Shown here: positions 63,726 through 64,000 of the stretch, one piece after another
How the letters are laid out: each line of letters begins with the position of its first letter
Position numbering within the stretch: position 1 is the stretch's first letter
NCBI GenBank assembly: GCA_963707985.1
Contig: CAVPRW010000037.1
Span: 64,001-128,000, forward strand
Origin: an uncultured Nitrospinota bacterium
Lineage (GTDB): Bacteria; Tectomicrobia; Entotheonellia; J063; CAVPRW01
DNA: 64,000 bases
Direction: 5' to 3'
Made by a program: the position numbers and the translations under genes
Notes under the pieces: model-generated
What the model saw: the letters and a program-made list of their open reading frames with translations, nothing else
Database searches by the model: none
What the model was told of the DNA's origin: nothing

Positions 63726-64000
63726 TCACGAGCGCTGCCCATGGCCATGCAGCACCTGCACGCCCCACGCGACATCCTCTCCCTGAAGTGGGGGCGTGGG
63801 TTCGCTCCGATAGTCTAACCGTCGTGCACAGGCCCCTTGGTCGTAACAGCGATTAAGGACTGCCTGCAGATCGAGGACAACAGGGGGGTCGTCATCTGCC
63901 AGAGGGACATGAATCCGCGGTAACGGTTGCCGCAATGTGACGGGCCAGACCTCACAGCGATTTCCCTGTCCGCCACGGTGCAAGCAGACGAGATAGTCCC
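63726..64000 (-). CDS. DUF4058 family protein, C-terminal part
   Basis: EVWP..LRQPLP.I.VPL...D...LDLQ and LDY...P.PPL. Confidence 0.8.
   Translation of the reverse strand, partial: DYLVCLHRGGQGNRCEVWPVTLRQPLPRIHVPLADDDPPVVLDLQAVLNRCYDQGACARRLDYRSEPTPPLQGEDVAWGVQVLHGHGQRS

Noticed and set aside
1..64000. CRISPR array, tRNA or rRNA
   Set aside because: No regularly spaced direct repeats or recognisable structural RNA genes seen by eye; a covariance-model scan was not possible

Overview
High-GC bacterial window, probably a soil Tectomicrobia/Entotheonella-like organism (inferred from gene-family content only). Frameshifts are common, especially at 55-63.6 kb, and look like long-read indel errors. 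Positions 1-21 kb are mostly metabolic genes (gltB, amidase with a GatC-like partner, rnz, transglutaminase, MFS, oxidoreductases). Positions ~21-39.5 kb are an accessory region: TDO, a GH88/LLM/MFS operon broken by an IS4-like element with two right ends, a complete integron (intI, attI, an ORF-less structured first cassette, three gene cassettes, and a last attC fused at its crossover point to a catalase 3' fragment), a decayed IS701 element, two secreted proteases and a probable group II intron 5' remnant. Positions 40-64 kb hold a globin, SDRs, a TPP enzyme, the egtB-egtD ergothioneine genes followed by a redoxin with an in-frame UGA (UxxC motif plus a SECIS-like hairpin), HAD/GT4/PRTase genes, the tol-pal operon and a small-protein/kinase-like pair. 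The best candidates for novel biology are the egtB-egtD-selenoredoxin operon and the integron array.
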